Below the pieces are notes generated by a model. It made no database searches. It saw only the letters and a program-made list of their open reading frames with translations, and was not told the origin of the DNA. A DNA stretch of 64,000 bases from a virus, in the IMG/VR virus record IMGVR_UViG_3300045988_156148, positions 17,586-81,585 of that record. One strand, written 5' to 3'. A program made the translations under genes and the position numbers. This document shows positions 55,427-63,986 of the stretch, piece after piece (the stretch's first letter is position 1; each line of letters begins with the position of its first letter).

Positions 55427-55624
55427 ATGACAATAAGTACAAAATATGATATTGGAGATACAGTTTGGTTTATGCATGACAATAGATGTGTATCAAATAA
55501 AGTTGAAAATATACGAATAGATGTAGATAATATGTATATTCAATACGTATTTAATGGAGGTAATATATGGTTATCTGAAACATTTTTATATTCTACAAAA
55601 GAGGAACTTTTAAAATCATTATAG
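55427..55624 (+). CDS. Hypothetical protein
   Basis: Packed co-directional ORF. Confidence 0.5.
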   Translation: MTISTKYDIGDTVWFMHDNRCVSNKVENIRIDVDNMYIQYVFNGGNIWLSETFLYSTKEELLKSL

Positions 55625-55628
55625 TAAT

Positions 55629-55907
55629 ATGACAATAGGAAACTTTTTGGCATTCATTATAGGACTGTTTATCGGTCGTATCTTAACTTATCTTGGAGAT
55701 AAAACTTATAAGTTCTTAAATAGACCAAAGAAAAAATTAGAGAATAAAGAACCATTAATCTTTGATGGAGTCGATGACTTTGTTAAATGCGCAGAAAACT
55801 CTCTTAGAGATTATACAGTCATTAAAGGGGATAGTTGGTCGGCAGGGAAAAGACATAGCCATATTATTATTCTTGAAAATAAAGAAAATGAAAAAAGAGA
55901 CGAATAA
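55629..55907 (+). CDS. Hypothetical protein with N-terminal TM segment
   Basis: IGNFLAFIIGLFIGRILTYL. Confidence 0.5.
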   Translation: MTIGNFLAFIIGLFIGRILTYLGDKTYKFLNRPKKKLENKEPLIFDGVDDFVKCAENSLRDYTVIKGDSWSAGKRHSHIIILENKENEKRDE

Positions 55908-56014
55908 ATTTGGCAGTATGAAATATTATTCGGATATTTGCCGATGTATTAGAAGTAGTAAGCTAATACGGACATATTAATAGACTTTTTTTTAAGTAAC
56001 AAAAATATATTCTT

Positions 56015-56057
56015 AAATCCGTACTGTTCTTACTACCTTGACAGTACGGATTTTTTA
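56015..56057 (+). terminator. Intrinsic terminator (12-bp stem)
   Basis: AAATCCGTACTG..CAGTACGGATTT followed by TTT. Confidence 0.7.
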
Positions 56058-56058
56058 T

Positions 56059-56092
56059 GCCGTATTGGATTTTTCTAATACGGCTTATTTTT
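56059..56092 (+). terminator. Second tandem intrinsic terminator
   Basis: GCCGTATT..AATACGGC followed by TTATTTTT. Confidence 0.6.
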
Positions 56093-56391
56093 GTATCGGC
56101 TAGAAACCTCGATTAATAAGTCTTTCGCCAAGAGTAAAGCGCACGTTTAGGCAGCAGGGGATTTGGAACAGTAGCGTGCATGTGGTATAGACACATAAGT
56201 TCTAAAAGTAGATTCATCTATATTAGTAATCTGCCACGATTGAAGGGAATGATGGCGACAGGAATGTTGTTAGAATTTGGATAACTTCATGTGTAAATTT
56301 GATTTTGGGGAAATTTATTTCTTTCTCTAAAGGGGATTTACACTCTTTCAGCTAAATTCAAGCTCTTGGAATATTGATTAATACATCTATT

Positions 56392-56796
56392 ATGAAAGTT
56401 AATACTAAATATACTAAAGAACAAATAGAATGGATAAAGAAGCATGCTTTAAATGATGATTATAAAGCTTATATATATCCTAAAAAACAATGTAAAAAAA
56501 GAAAGAAGAGAATTATATCAACTCATACTTTTAAAGTTGAAAGAAACCCTTCTTATAATGAGCAGTTGAAGGACAAGAGATGGCTTGATAGACGTTTGCA
56601 AATTCTTAAAAAGAAAGGAGCAAAATGCAGTAAATGCGGTTCTACCTCAAATTTACAGATTCATCACCTAAGGTATATAAAAGGTAAAATGGCTTGGGAA
56701 TATAAAGATAAAGACTTGATAGTTTTATGTGAAACATGCCATGAAAAAATTCATTGCCTGGATTTAAAGAAAGAATTTTATTCAATAACTAAATGA
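56392..56796 (+). CDS. HNH-motif nuclease
   Basis: CSKCGSTSNLQIHHLRY..LIVLCETCHEKIH. ATG 56392 lies inside track ORF 56374..56796. Confidence 0.65.
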   Translation: MKVNTKYTKEQIEWIKKHALNDDYKAYIYPKKQCKKRKKRIISTHTFKVERNPSYNEQLKDKRWLDRRLQILKKKGAKCSKCGSTSNLQIHHLRYIKGKMAWEYKDKDLIVLCETCHEKIHCLDLKKEFYSITK

Positions 56797-58181
56797 ATAT
56801 GGAGAATTTTAAAGAACTTACATCAAAATACGAAGATAGAAAATTTTTCGAGAAAGATCCTGTTTCTTTCCTTTGGAAGTATAAAGATAAGCGAGATATT
56901 GAAGTCGCAGCAGTAATCTGTTCTACCCTAGCTTTCGGCAATCGTCAACAGATATATAAGGCTTGTGAGAAAACGCTTGCTCTTATGGGAGATTCGCCAT
57001 ACCAATGGGTTATGTCTCAATCATATAAAATATCTTTAAAAGATGGACGTTGGTATAGGATGCTCCGAATATTTGATTTATCAAATATTCGATATTTTTT
57101 AAAACAAGTATACACCAAATTTGAAACATTGGAGGATTGCATTCTTGATGCAATGAGTAAGCACCTAGAATTTACATCATATATCGAAGTTTTATGTGCT
57201 ATCTTTAATGGATGCAATGGAATACCCAAAGACACAAAATCATGTTGCAAAAGGCTCAATCTTATGCTTCGTTGGCTAGTCCGACAGAATAGTCCTATAG
57301 ATGTAGGAATATGGAAGTCATTAGACCAATCAAAACTTCTTCTTCCACTTGATGTTCATTCTCTTAATACCCTAAGAGAAATCGGAGCAATCAAGAGAAA
57401 GAGTAATGACATGAAAACAGTCATAGAAGCAACCGAGTGGGCTAAAGAAATTTGTCCTAATGATCCAACATCTCTTGATTTCTATTTATTTGGAAAATCG
57501 TATGAAGAAGCGCATCCCGAAGAGTTTGAAGAGCCAGAGGAAGTTCCAATGAAGCCTAACCAAATACTGTTGGTAAGTGTTTATCAGGTAATGGCTCTCA
57601 ATGAAATGTGCAACTGTTGCGTTTTGGACATTGAACCATCAATTAAAAATAAAGATAAAGAAACCAAGAAGCTATTTTATGCCGCAAAGAAAAGGGTAAA
57701 TTGGTATCAAAAGGAAGTTAATAACCTGACTATTTCTAGTGGAACAGTTTATGCAGACTTCAACGATAGTTTAGACCTTTACACAAAGCCACTTTTACTT
57801 AAATATCAACAGGCATTGGAGAATTATCTATCTACAATTAAAGGTGTCGAAAATCCCTATTTTGCATCATTGGTAGAAGTTGCTCGTTCAATGACTAAAC
57901 TTTCTATCACCGAAATATCAAATAGAATAAAAGAATGTATTAAATTTGCAGAGGATTCCGCTGCTTTAAGACATTACAAACAGCAAGAGTTGTTGGATAT
58001 AATAAATAATCTTGTAAAGTGGGTGTTTAGAAAAGTGGAAGATATAAACTACAATGATAGCTATGAATGTGTAGAAGCATATAAGAATCTAGTAGACGCA
58101 TATCAAAACCCAAACATTATTGGTGAATGTATAATAAAGGCTCAACAATTAAACGATAAAGAAGATGAAAGTAAAATTTAA
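56793..58181 (+). CDS. TIGR02757 (DUF2400)-like protein with ~200-aa C-terminal extension
   Basis: FEKDPVSFLWKYKDKRDIEVAAVICSTLAFGNRQQI..LNLMLRWLVR..LLLPLDVH recalls the TIGR02757 family. The C-terminal half has no recognised motif. Confidence 0.5.
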   Translation: MNMENFKELTSKYEDRKFFEKDPVSFLWKYKDKRDIEVAAVICSTLAFGNRQQIYKACEKTLALMGDSPYQWVMSQSYKISLKDGRWYRMLRIFDLSNIRYFLKQVYTKFETLEDCILDAMSKHLEFTSYIEVLCAIFNGCNGIPKDTKSCCKRLNLMLRWLVRQNSPIDVGIWKSLDQSKLLLPLDVHSLNTLREIGAIKRKSNDMKTVIEATEWAKEICPNDPTSLDFYLFGKSYEEAHPEEFEEPEEVPMKPNQILLVSVYQVMALNEMCNCCVLDIEPSIKNKDKETKKLFYAAKKRVNWYQKEVNNLTISSGTVYADFNDSLDLYTKPLLLKYQQALENYLSTIKGVENPYFASLVEVARSMTKLSITEISNRIKECIKFAEDSAALRHYKQQELLDIINNLVKWVFRKVEDINYNDSYECVEAYKNLVDAYQNPNIIGECIIKAQQLNDKEDESKI

Positions 58182-58623
58182 GAAAACGCATCCAAATGCA
58201 AAGATTCCAGTAAAACATTACGATGACGATTTTTGTTATGACCTATATGCTACTTCATGCGAAGAGATAGCACCAAATGTGTATAAGTACGGACTGGGAT
58301 TAGCTTTCCAAATAGATGAAGACTATATTAAGGCTATGCGGAAAGGCGGATATGTATTATCCATTGATATAAGACCAAGAAGCAGTATTTGGAAGACAGG
58401 GATGATTATGACTAACTCTGTCGGTACAGTGGATGAAGGTTATACTAATGAGATATGCGCTATTTTCTATCACGTATTAACAAATTTACAACGATATTCA
58501 GTAGGGGATAGAGTAGCCCAGTTGAAGATTGGGTTAACTCCTAAAATAGACTTTGTAGAAGTTGAAAAGCTAAATGAAAAAGAAAGAGGTTTAAACGGAA
58601 TAGGTAGTACAGGGAGGAAATAG
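58165..58623 (+). CDS. dut: dUTPase
   Basis: IPVKHYDDDFCYDLYA, IRPRSS, GTVDEGYTNEI, GDRVAQL and C-terminal GIGSTGRK match the trimeric dUTPase motifs. Confidence 0.8.
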   Translation: MKVKFKKTHPNAKIPVKHYDDDFCYDLYATSCEEIAPNVYKYGLGLAFQIDEDYIKAMRKGGYVLSIDIRPRSSIWKTGMIMTNSVGTVDEGYTNEICAIFYHVLTNLQRYSVGDRVAQLKIGLTPKIDFVEVEKLNEKERGLNGIGSTGRK

Positions 58624-58625
58624 AT

Positions 58626-59086
58626 ATGGGATTTATTCAAAAAGCTTTTTAAGAGCAAACAACAAGAAAATATTAGATAAACTAAAGGAACTTGGTTATC
58701 ATATTTGTCCTTGCTGTTATTTTGATAGAGCTGTATGGATTCATATATGTATTCCTACCCAATCTATTCATGGCGTTGGTTATCCTGATGAGTGTTACAA
58801 TCTTCCTTTGGAGCAGGAATTAAAGCGTTTTTTATCTGAAAAAGAAGAAAACGATATTGATTGCGGTGAAAATGAAAAATTATTCTATTTTATTGCTGCA
58901 CTCCGAGATGATACCGATGACAGACAAGTTTTTACTAACAATAAAGGAGATTGGGGTATATATCATGATAACGAATTAGAAGGAGGATTATCAGGAATCG
59001 AATTTATGTATCTACCCAAAGATAATGATACAGATAATTATCATAAGGCTAGTGTTGAAGAATTAAAATTGTTGTTTAAGAAATGA
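58626..59086 (+). pseudogene. AALRDDTD-family gene with a frame break at a T5 run (or -1 frameshift site)
   Basis: ATG 58626 gives MGFIQKAF then TAA at 58650. The -1 frame continues LRANNKKILDKLKELGYHICP.. into track ORF 58808..59086. The joined product is colinear, residue for residue, with the N-terminus of paralog 42677..43141. Confidence 0.6.
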
Positions 59087-59307
59087 GTAATACAGGACAT
59101 AAATGGATCTACCGCAGGATAATACCTCGTCTTAAAAACCCAATAAGGTATAAGGTTCGTGTATATTACGGTGCTAAAAGTATTGATGTCGGCATGTTTA
59201 GAACATTAGAAGATGCTCTGAAAAGACGTAATCAATATATCAAAGATAATAATATAAGCGAACTTGCATTGAAGAAATATAATACACGTAATGAAAATAA
59301 AGATTGA
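59083..59307 (+). CDS. Small AP2-like DNA-binding protein
   Basis: YKVRVYYGAKSIDVGMFRTLEDALKRRNQY resembles an AP2/integrase DNA-binding fold. Confidence 0.45.
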   Translation: MSNTGHKWIYRRIIPRLKNPIRYKVRVYYGAKSIDVGMFRTLEDALKRRNQYIKDNNISELALKKYNTRNENKD

Positions 59308-59771
59308 ATATGGAAATAAAATTAAAAAGAAGATTTAAAGGAACGAATTATACTATTGGTTCTCTTTTTATAAATAATGTATATGAATGTGACACTATCG
59401 AAGATACAGATAGAGGACTAAGCAATGAGATGCCTTTGTCTGTTATTCAAACAAAAAAGGAGTATGGGAAAACCGCTATTCCTACGGGAACTTATGCAAT
59501 TGACATGAATATTGTTAGTCCTAAATTCAAAGATAGGATATGGGCTAAATTCTGTGATGGTAAACTTCCTAGATTATGTGATGTTAGAGGATTTGAAGGA
59601 GTATTAATTCATGTTGGAAACAAGCCGGAAGATACGCTAGGTTGCATTCTTGTTGGACAAAATAAGATTAAAGGACAAGTCATTAATAGTACTGAAACAT
59701 TCACCAATCTTTATAAAAAAATGGATGCAGCACATAAAAGAGGTGAGAAAATTGTAATTACGATAGAGTAA
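59304..59771 (+). CDS. DUF5675-like protein
   Basis: YTIGSLFINNVYECDTIEDTDRGL..TAIPTGTY..GFEGVLIHVGNKPEDTLGCILVGQN signature. Confidence 0.55.
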   Translation: MNMEIKLKRRFKGTNYTIGSLFINNVYECDTIEDTDRGLSNEMPLSVIQTKKEYGKTAIPTGTYAIDMNIVSPKFKDRIWAKFCDGKLPRLCDVRGFEGVLIHVGNKPEDTLGCILVGQNKIKGQVINSTETFTNLYKKMDAAHKRGEKIVITIE

Positions 59772-59780
59772 GAAGAGGGG

Positions 59781-59966
59781 CTATTTAGCCCCTTCGCTTT
59801 TTAGTGATTGCAACTCCATAATTTCATTTGTAAGTTGAAATCTTAATTTCTCAAAATCACAATGAGGTAAATCTCTCACTAAATCATTGATTGCCTCATT
59901 AATCATGTAATTCTTACGTATGATTGCCAATTTGACAGCATCATATTTTACTCTTTTTGTTTTCAT
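59781..59966 (-). CDS. Hypothetical protein
   Basis: 61 aa, convergent with the + block. Confidence 0.45.
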   Translation of the reverse strand: MKTKRVKYDAVKLAIIRKNYMINEAINDLVRDLPHCDFEKLRFQLTNEIMELQSLKSEGAK

Positions 59967-59972
59967 AGGCTA

Positions 59973-60134
59973 TCATCTTTCAGACTTCAAAAGTTGCTCT
60001 ATTTTCTCTTCTGTAAATCCAAATTGCTTAGCAAATTTCATAAAAGACTTCTTTTGCTTTTCGGGAATAAGTGCAAACATAGAGTTGATAGGTTTATCAC
60101 TCTGTAATGCTTTCTTGAAATCTTTGTTTTTCAT
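59973..60134 (-). CDS. Small hypothetical protein (53 aa)
   Basis: MKNKDFKKALQSDKPINSMFALIPEKQKKSFMKFAKQFGFTEEKIEQLLKSER. Falls below the track cutoff. Confidence 0.4.
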   Translation of the reverse strand: MKNKDFKKALQSDKPINSMFALIPEKQKKSFMKFAKQFGFTEEKIEQLLKSER

Positions 60135-60144
60135 AAAAAACAGC

Positions 60145-61170
60145 CCGATGAAACCCCTAAGTCTTTAGCTTCTGGGAGGAATTGAGCCACTATTCCCTCT
60201 TTTGTTAAACTTAATAATATTATTTTCTTCAAACATTTGAATAATTTAGTTATTTTCCATATCTTTGTGACATGAAATTGACTTTGCAAATAAAACTGAT
60301 TCCATCGGACGAGCAAGCCATAATGTTGAAAAAGACATTTAGCGTTTTTAATGAGGCTTGTAACACTATCTCGCAGATAGCATGGGAACGTCGTGTGTTC
60401 AATCAGTTCAGTCTGCACAAGGAGGTTTACCATCCAATCAAGGGGACATACAGCCTTCCCTCCCAACTTGTTATACGTGCAATCAGCAAGGTTGCCGACG
60501 CATACAAACTCGACAGAAAAAAACAAAGACGTTTCCGTGAATTCGGAGCTATCACGTATGACAGTCGTGTGCTTTCTTACAATACCCAAAGAGGTATCTG
60601 CTCCATTTCGCTTATTGATGGGCGTGAGAAGATGACATATACTTGCTATCGTCCACAGCTCATGAAGTTCGCAAAGGGAGAAGCTGATCTTGTTCTTGTC
60701 AAAGGAAAATTCTACCTCTATCAGACGATAGACATTCCAGACGAAGAAGAAGAGACAGCGGAGGTTTTTCTTGGAGTGGATATGGGTATAACCGATATTG
60801 TCTCCTTGTCTGACGGGACTAATATATCCTCTGATGAAGTCAAGAACATACGCAATAGATACAATAAAGTGAGAGCTTCTATCCAGTCCAAAGGCACTCG
60901 CAACTGTCATAAGTTGTTGAAACGGTTGAAAGGACGTGAGAGAAGATTTGCCACCATTGTGAACCACCGTATAAGTAAACAACTCGTCGCAAAGGCAAAG
61001 GAAGAGCATAAAGGCATTGCCATTGAAGACTTGAAGAATATCCGTTGGGGTATGAACTCCAAGAAACGCAATAAAACGTTCAGAAGGAGAAGCAACTCGT
61101 GGAATTTCTATCAGCTCCGATCTTTCCTCGAATACAAGTGCAAGATAGCTTGCGTATTAGCAGTTGCTCC
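60145..61170 (+). mobile_element. 3'-truncated tnpB element (left end and promoter retained, right end/omega-RNA missing)
   Basis: The left-end motif TAAGTCTTTAGCTT (60158-60171) lies at the same distance from the ATG as in the 10-kb element. -7 box TATCTTTG is at 60260-60267. Boundaries are approximate. Confidence 0.55.
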
Positions 61171-61195
61171 ATCACGTAAAGCCAAAGTGTTCTGA
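60272..61195 (+). pseudogene. tnpB: Truncated TnpB (lacks zinc finger and RuvC-III)
   Basis: MKLTLQIKLIPSDEQ.., RuvC-I GVDMGITD, RuvC-II IAIEDLK and FLEYKCKIA are present. Homology is then lost and the ORF runs into the antisense of the neighbouring gene. Antisense ORF 60131..61009 is spurious. Confidence 0.7.
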
Positions 61196-61815
61196 TTTGC
61201 AGTGTTAACCAATGTATTGGTCTGATTGCAAATAGACAACTGATTTTCATAACCTTGCGTAGTAATAGCATTCTGTGTCTTGCAGCAACAATCTGCAATA
61301 GCCTGTGCAATCTGACAATTTCCAGATTGAATGCTATTGATAATTTGTTGGCTTGACATACCCACTTGATTACCAACACCTTGAATTTGTGTCATAACGC
61401 CATTAATAGACTGTTGAATTTGTCCAACCGAACAATTCAAATTGGTAGCTAAAGTGTTAATAGCCTGACCATTTCCTTGAATAGCACTCATTAGTAATTC
61501 CCTTCCTGCATCATTGTTAATCAAATTTGGAATACCAGCGACACCATATCCGCCACCATTTCCACCATCGTTACAACCATTATTACCCCAACCATTACGA
61601 CCGAAAAGAGGGAAAAGGAAGAACAAGAAGATAATCCATAAGAACCATGAGCCATCTCCACCAAAACCGTTTCCATTTCCTTTGCTATTCAAAGCCATTA
61701 ACAAGTTAGGATCAATACCCTTCTGTTGCAAAAGTGGAGCAAGCATAGCCATCATTCCACTTCCGCTTCCACTCCCTGCATCAGGTGTGTAAACCACTGT
61801 TCGATTTTCTGACAT
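61111..61815 (-). CDS. Gly/Asn/Gln-rich membrane protein; native 3' end probably lost at the tnpB junction
   Basis: One TM segment (WFLWIIFLFFLFPLF), Gly-rich flanks and Q/N-rich repeats. The last ~15 codons (AILHLYSRKDRS) are the antisense of tnpB sequence. Confidence 0.5.
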   Translation of the reverse strand: MSENRTVVYTPDAGSGSGSGMMAMLAPLLQQKGIDPNLLMALNSKGNGNGFGGDGSWFLWIIFLFFLFPLFGRNGWGNNGCNDGGNGGGYGVAGIPNLINNDAGRELLMSAIQGNGQAINTLATNLNCSVGQIQQSINGVMTQIQGVGNQVGMSSQQIINSIQSGNCQIAQAIADCCCKTQNAITTQGYENQLSICNQTNTLVNTANQNTLALRDGATANTQAILHLYSRKDRS

Positions 61816-61981
61816 AAATATTACTTTTTAATAGTTATAGATTCCACCATTAGAATCACGGAATTAGTCTATAAACCATCTACAAGATATACTATACAGT
61901 ATTTTAGTGCTTGTATTATGTTATTTATCAACGTATTATCAAATATTCCCGAATATATTTGGAAGGTAGTGTACTAATTAG

Positions 61982-61989
61982 TACATTTG
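61982..61989 (+). promoter_or_regulatory. -7 box TACATTTG
   Basis: 19 nt upstream of ATG 62008. Confidence 0.4.
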
Positions 61990-62007
61990 TGTCCATAATA
62001 GTACACT

Positions 62008-62358
62008 ATGACTTTAGAACTTGATGTAGCAAAGAAAATAGATGAGATTGAGAAAATAGTCTGCACTCATTTTGGAGTGACAGAACAAGAACTTGTAAAT
62101 AAAGAAAGGATGGAAAATGTCGTATCGGCTAGAGCTTTCCTTTTTTATATATTACATTATAAGTTGGAAATGTCTCCATTGACAATTAGTAAAGTATATC
62201 CAAGACAACCTCGATCTATAAAAAAAATGTGTGCTAAAATAAAGAATGGGCTGAAATTTCACAAGGTATATACTTCTATTTATGAAGATTTACTGAAAAA
62301 AATAGAACCAATTCTACCAAAAGACTTAGATAAGTTTTGGAATAGAGAAAATTTGTAG
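62008..62358 (+). CDS. DnaA C-terminal (domain IV)-like HTH protein
   Basis: IVCTHFGVTEQELVNKERMENVVSARAFLFYILHYKLEMSPLTISKVY parallels DnaA domain IV (..sk.R...v..aR.iamYL..). Confidence 0.55.
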   Translation: MTLELDVAKKIDEIEKIVCTHFGVTEQELVNKERMENVVSARAFLFYILHYKLEMSPLTISKVYPRQPRSIKKMCAKIKNGLKFHKVYTSIYEDLLKKIEPILPKDLDKFWNRENL

Positions 62359-62460
62359 TATATTTGCAGCGTCAACCACAACTGACAAGAAGAAATTGCT
62401 AATTTATTAGCGGAGTGTTCCGGAAAGATGTGTTGTGGCTCTTTTCGGAACATTCTTTTT
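62359..62460 (+). promoter_or_regulatory. -7 box TATATTTG plus leader with terminator-like hairpin (attenuator candidate)
   Basis: -7 box at 62359-62366. 11-bp stem GTTCCGGAAAG/CTTTTCGGAAC (62417-62451, one G-U pair) followed by ATTCTTTTT. ATG is at 62469. Confidence 0.4.
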
Positions 62461-62468
62461 ATACTATT

Positions 62469-63242
62469 ATGAACAATATCATCTTATCAAAAGAAAGTTC
62501 TAATGAGGAATTGAAAACGTACTTTAATGCAGTACTTGAATTATCTCAATCTAACAATGAGTTTCCCGTCAATCTTGATGATGTTTGGATGCTTGTTTAT
62601 GGAAGGAAACAAGAAGCTGTAAGAGCATTAACATCAAATGACCAATTCATAGAAGGAGTTGATTATCAGTCGGTGCGCAAAGATGCGCAGCAAGATTTAG
62701 AAAATTCATGGGGTGGGAATAACAAGGTAGATTACAAATTATCCGTTTCTTGTTTAGAGTTCTTTATAGCTCGTAAAGTAAGACCTGTATTTGAAGTATA
62801 TCGACAAGTATTTCATAAGGCTATAAACAATCTGGTTTTGCCGAAAACATTTGCCGAAGCTCTAAGATTAGCTGCTGAACAAGCCGAACAATTGGAAAAA
62901 CAGCAAGCTCGTATTGAAGAAATGAAACCAAAAGAAGAGTTCTTTGACCAAGTAACTGATAGTAAAGACGCCTGTGATATGGCTACTGTGGCAAAAGTTC
63001 TTAATATGGGGATTGGAAGAAACAAACTTTTTGAAATTTTAAGAGATAATAAAATTCTTCAAGGGAATAATCAGCCGATGCAGCGTTATGTAGATTCATG
63101 TTGGTTTAGAGTTATAGAAACTCAATTCACCAAACCTAATGGAGATATATGCATAAACTTTAAGACTATTGTATATCAAAAAGGAATAGAAGGCATACGA
63201 AAATTACTAGCATCATTGGGATATAAGAAAGCCGGAAATTAA
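62469..63242 (+). CDS. Antirepressor-like protein with KilAC (ANT) C-terminal domain
   Basis: ATG 62469 lies inside track ORF 62415..63242. The C-terminus is KDACDMATVAKVLNMGIGRNKLFEILRDNKIL..NQPMQRYVDSCWF. Confidence 0.65.
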   Translation: MNNIILSKESSNEELKTYFNAVLELSQSNNEFPVNLDDVWMLVYGRKQEAVRALTSNDQFIEGVDYQSVRKDAQQDLENSWGGNNKVDYKLSVSCLEFFIARKVRPVFEVYRQVFHKAINNLVLPKTFAEALRLAAEQAEQLEKQQARIEEMKPKEEFFDQVTDSKDACDMATVAKVLNMGIGRNKLFEILRDNKILQGNNQPMQRYVDSCWFRVIETQFTKPNGDICINFKTIVYQKGIEGIRKLLASLGYKKAGN

Positions 63243-63248
63243 TCCGGC
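63231..63248. terminator. Short hairpin between convergent genes
   Basis: GCCGGA-aattaa-TCCGGC. Confidence 0.35.
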
Positions 63249-63269
63249 TACTCTTTCCTGAAAACAATA

Positions 63270-63986
63270 CTAGTCTGTTATTTCAACTTTGTAATTCATT
63301 AATGCGTTATAAACTGCTTCTGATATATTTTCTTTATATTTATTCGCTAATTCCTTTAAATAATCTTCTTTAGCTTTTTTATAAACTTCAAAAGCTTCAT
63401 CTGTGCTATTATAACAACCAAGATATGTAGGAATACCATATTTTGATATTCTTGCTTGGAAAACATTATTTCCTTTATCAAAATACATTCCTATTGGATA
63501 TTTACCTCTCCTATTTTTATCATTCATGACTGCTAAATTAATTTCTTTAGGAACTACACAACAGGTTTCAGGAGAATAAACCTTATTCCCTTTGATAAGA
63601 ATGTCTTTGTCTATGTTATATCCTTCTTTATAATTTTCATCATACCATTTAGCAAATTTTTGAAAGTCTAGCCATTCTTCACAAATTATACAGTTGGAAT
63701 AAGATGGATGCCTCCTATCTTTATTAAGACATCTTTTACGTATTCCCATCCAAACATTATAATAAACAGTATGCTTACCATTTAATTTGGATGGGAAAAA
63801 GCCGCTTTTAAATTTTACTTCGTTACCATTCAATTTAGGTTTAACTTTACCCTTTTTAGCGTTATATCTAAATACGATATTTTTTTGATTAAAATCTTCC
63901 CAAAATATTATACATTTACTATTTGGAAGTAAATCATCTACAATATATTTACCATATTTATTATAAAAAACATCTCCTTTTTTCAT
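63270..63986 (-). CDS. AP2-type homing-endonuclease-like protein
   Basis: YYNVWMGIRKRCLNKDRRHPSYSNCIICEEWLDFQKFAKWYDENY..VYSPETCCVVPKEIN..AP2-like GMYFDKGNNVFQARI. Paralog of the N-terminal half of 52492..53736. Confidence 0.65.
   Translation of the reverse strand: MKKGDVFYNKYGKYIVDDLLPNSKCIIFWEDFNQKNIVFRYNAKKGKVKPKLNGNEVKFKSGFFPSKLNGKHTVYYNVWMGIRKRCLNKDRRHPSYSNCIICEEWLDFQKFAKWYDENYKEGYNIDKDILIKGNKVYSPETCCVVPKEINLAVMNDKNRRGKYPIGMYFDKGNNVFQARISKYGIPTYLGCYNSTDEAFEVYKKAKEDYLKELANKYKENISEAVYNALMNYKVEITD

Noticed and set aside
56117-56125. Third IS left end, based on the shared 9-mer TAAGTCTTT
   Set aside because: Only the 9-mer matches and the flanks do not align with the two tnpB left ends. 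A single 9-mer hit is expected by chance in 2 x 64 kb of AT-rich sequence.
60131-61009. 292-aa minus-strand ORF
   Set aside because: It is antisense to the recognisable tnpB reading frame and has no motifs, so it is a shadow ORF. The same reasoning applies to 7751..8317, 45658..46206, 47410..47787, 23502..23948, 10618..10923 and the other short antisense ORFs inside larger genes.
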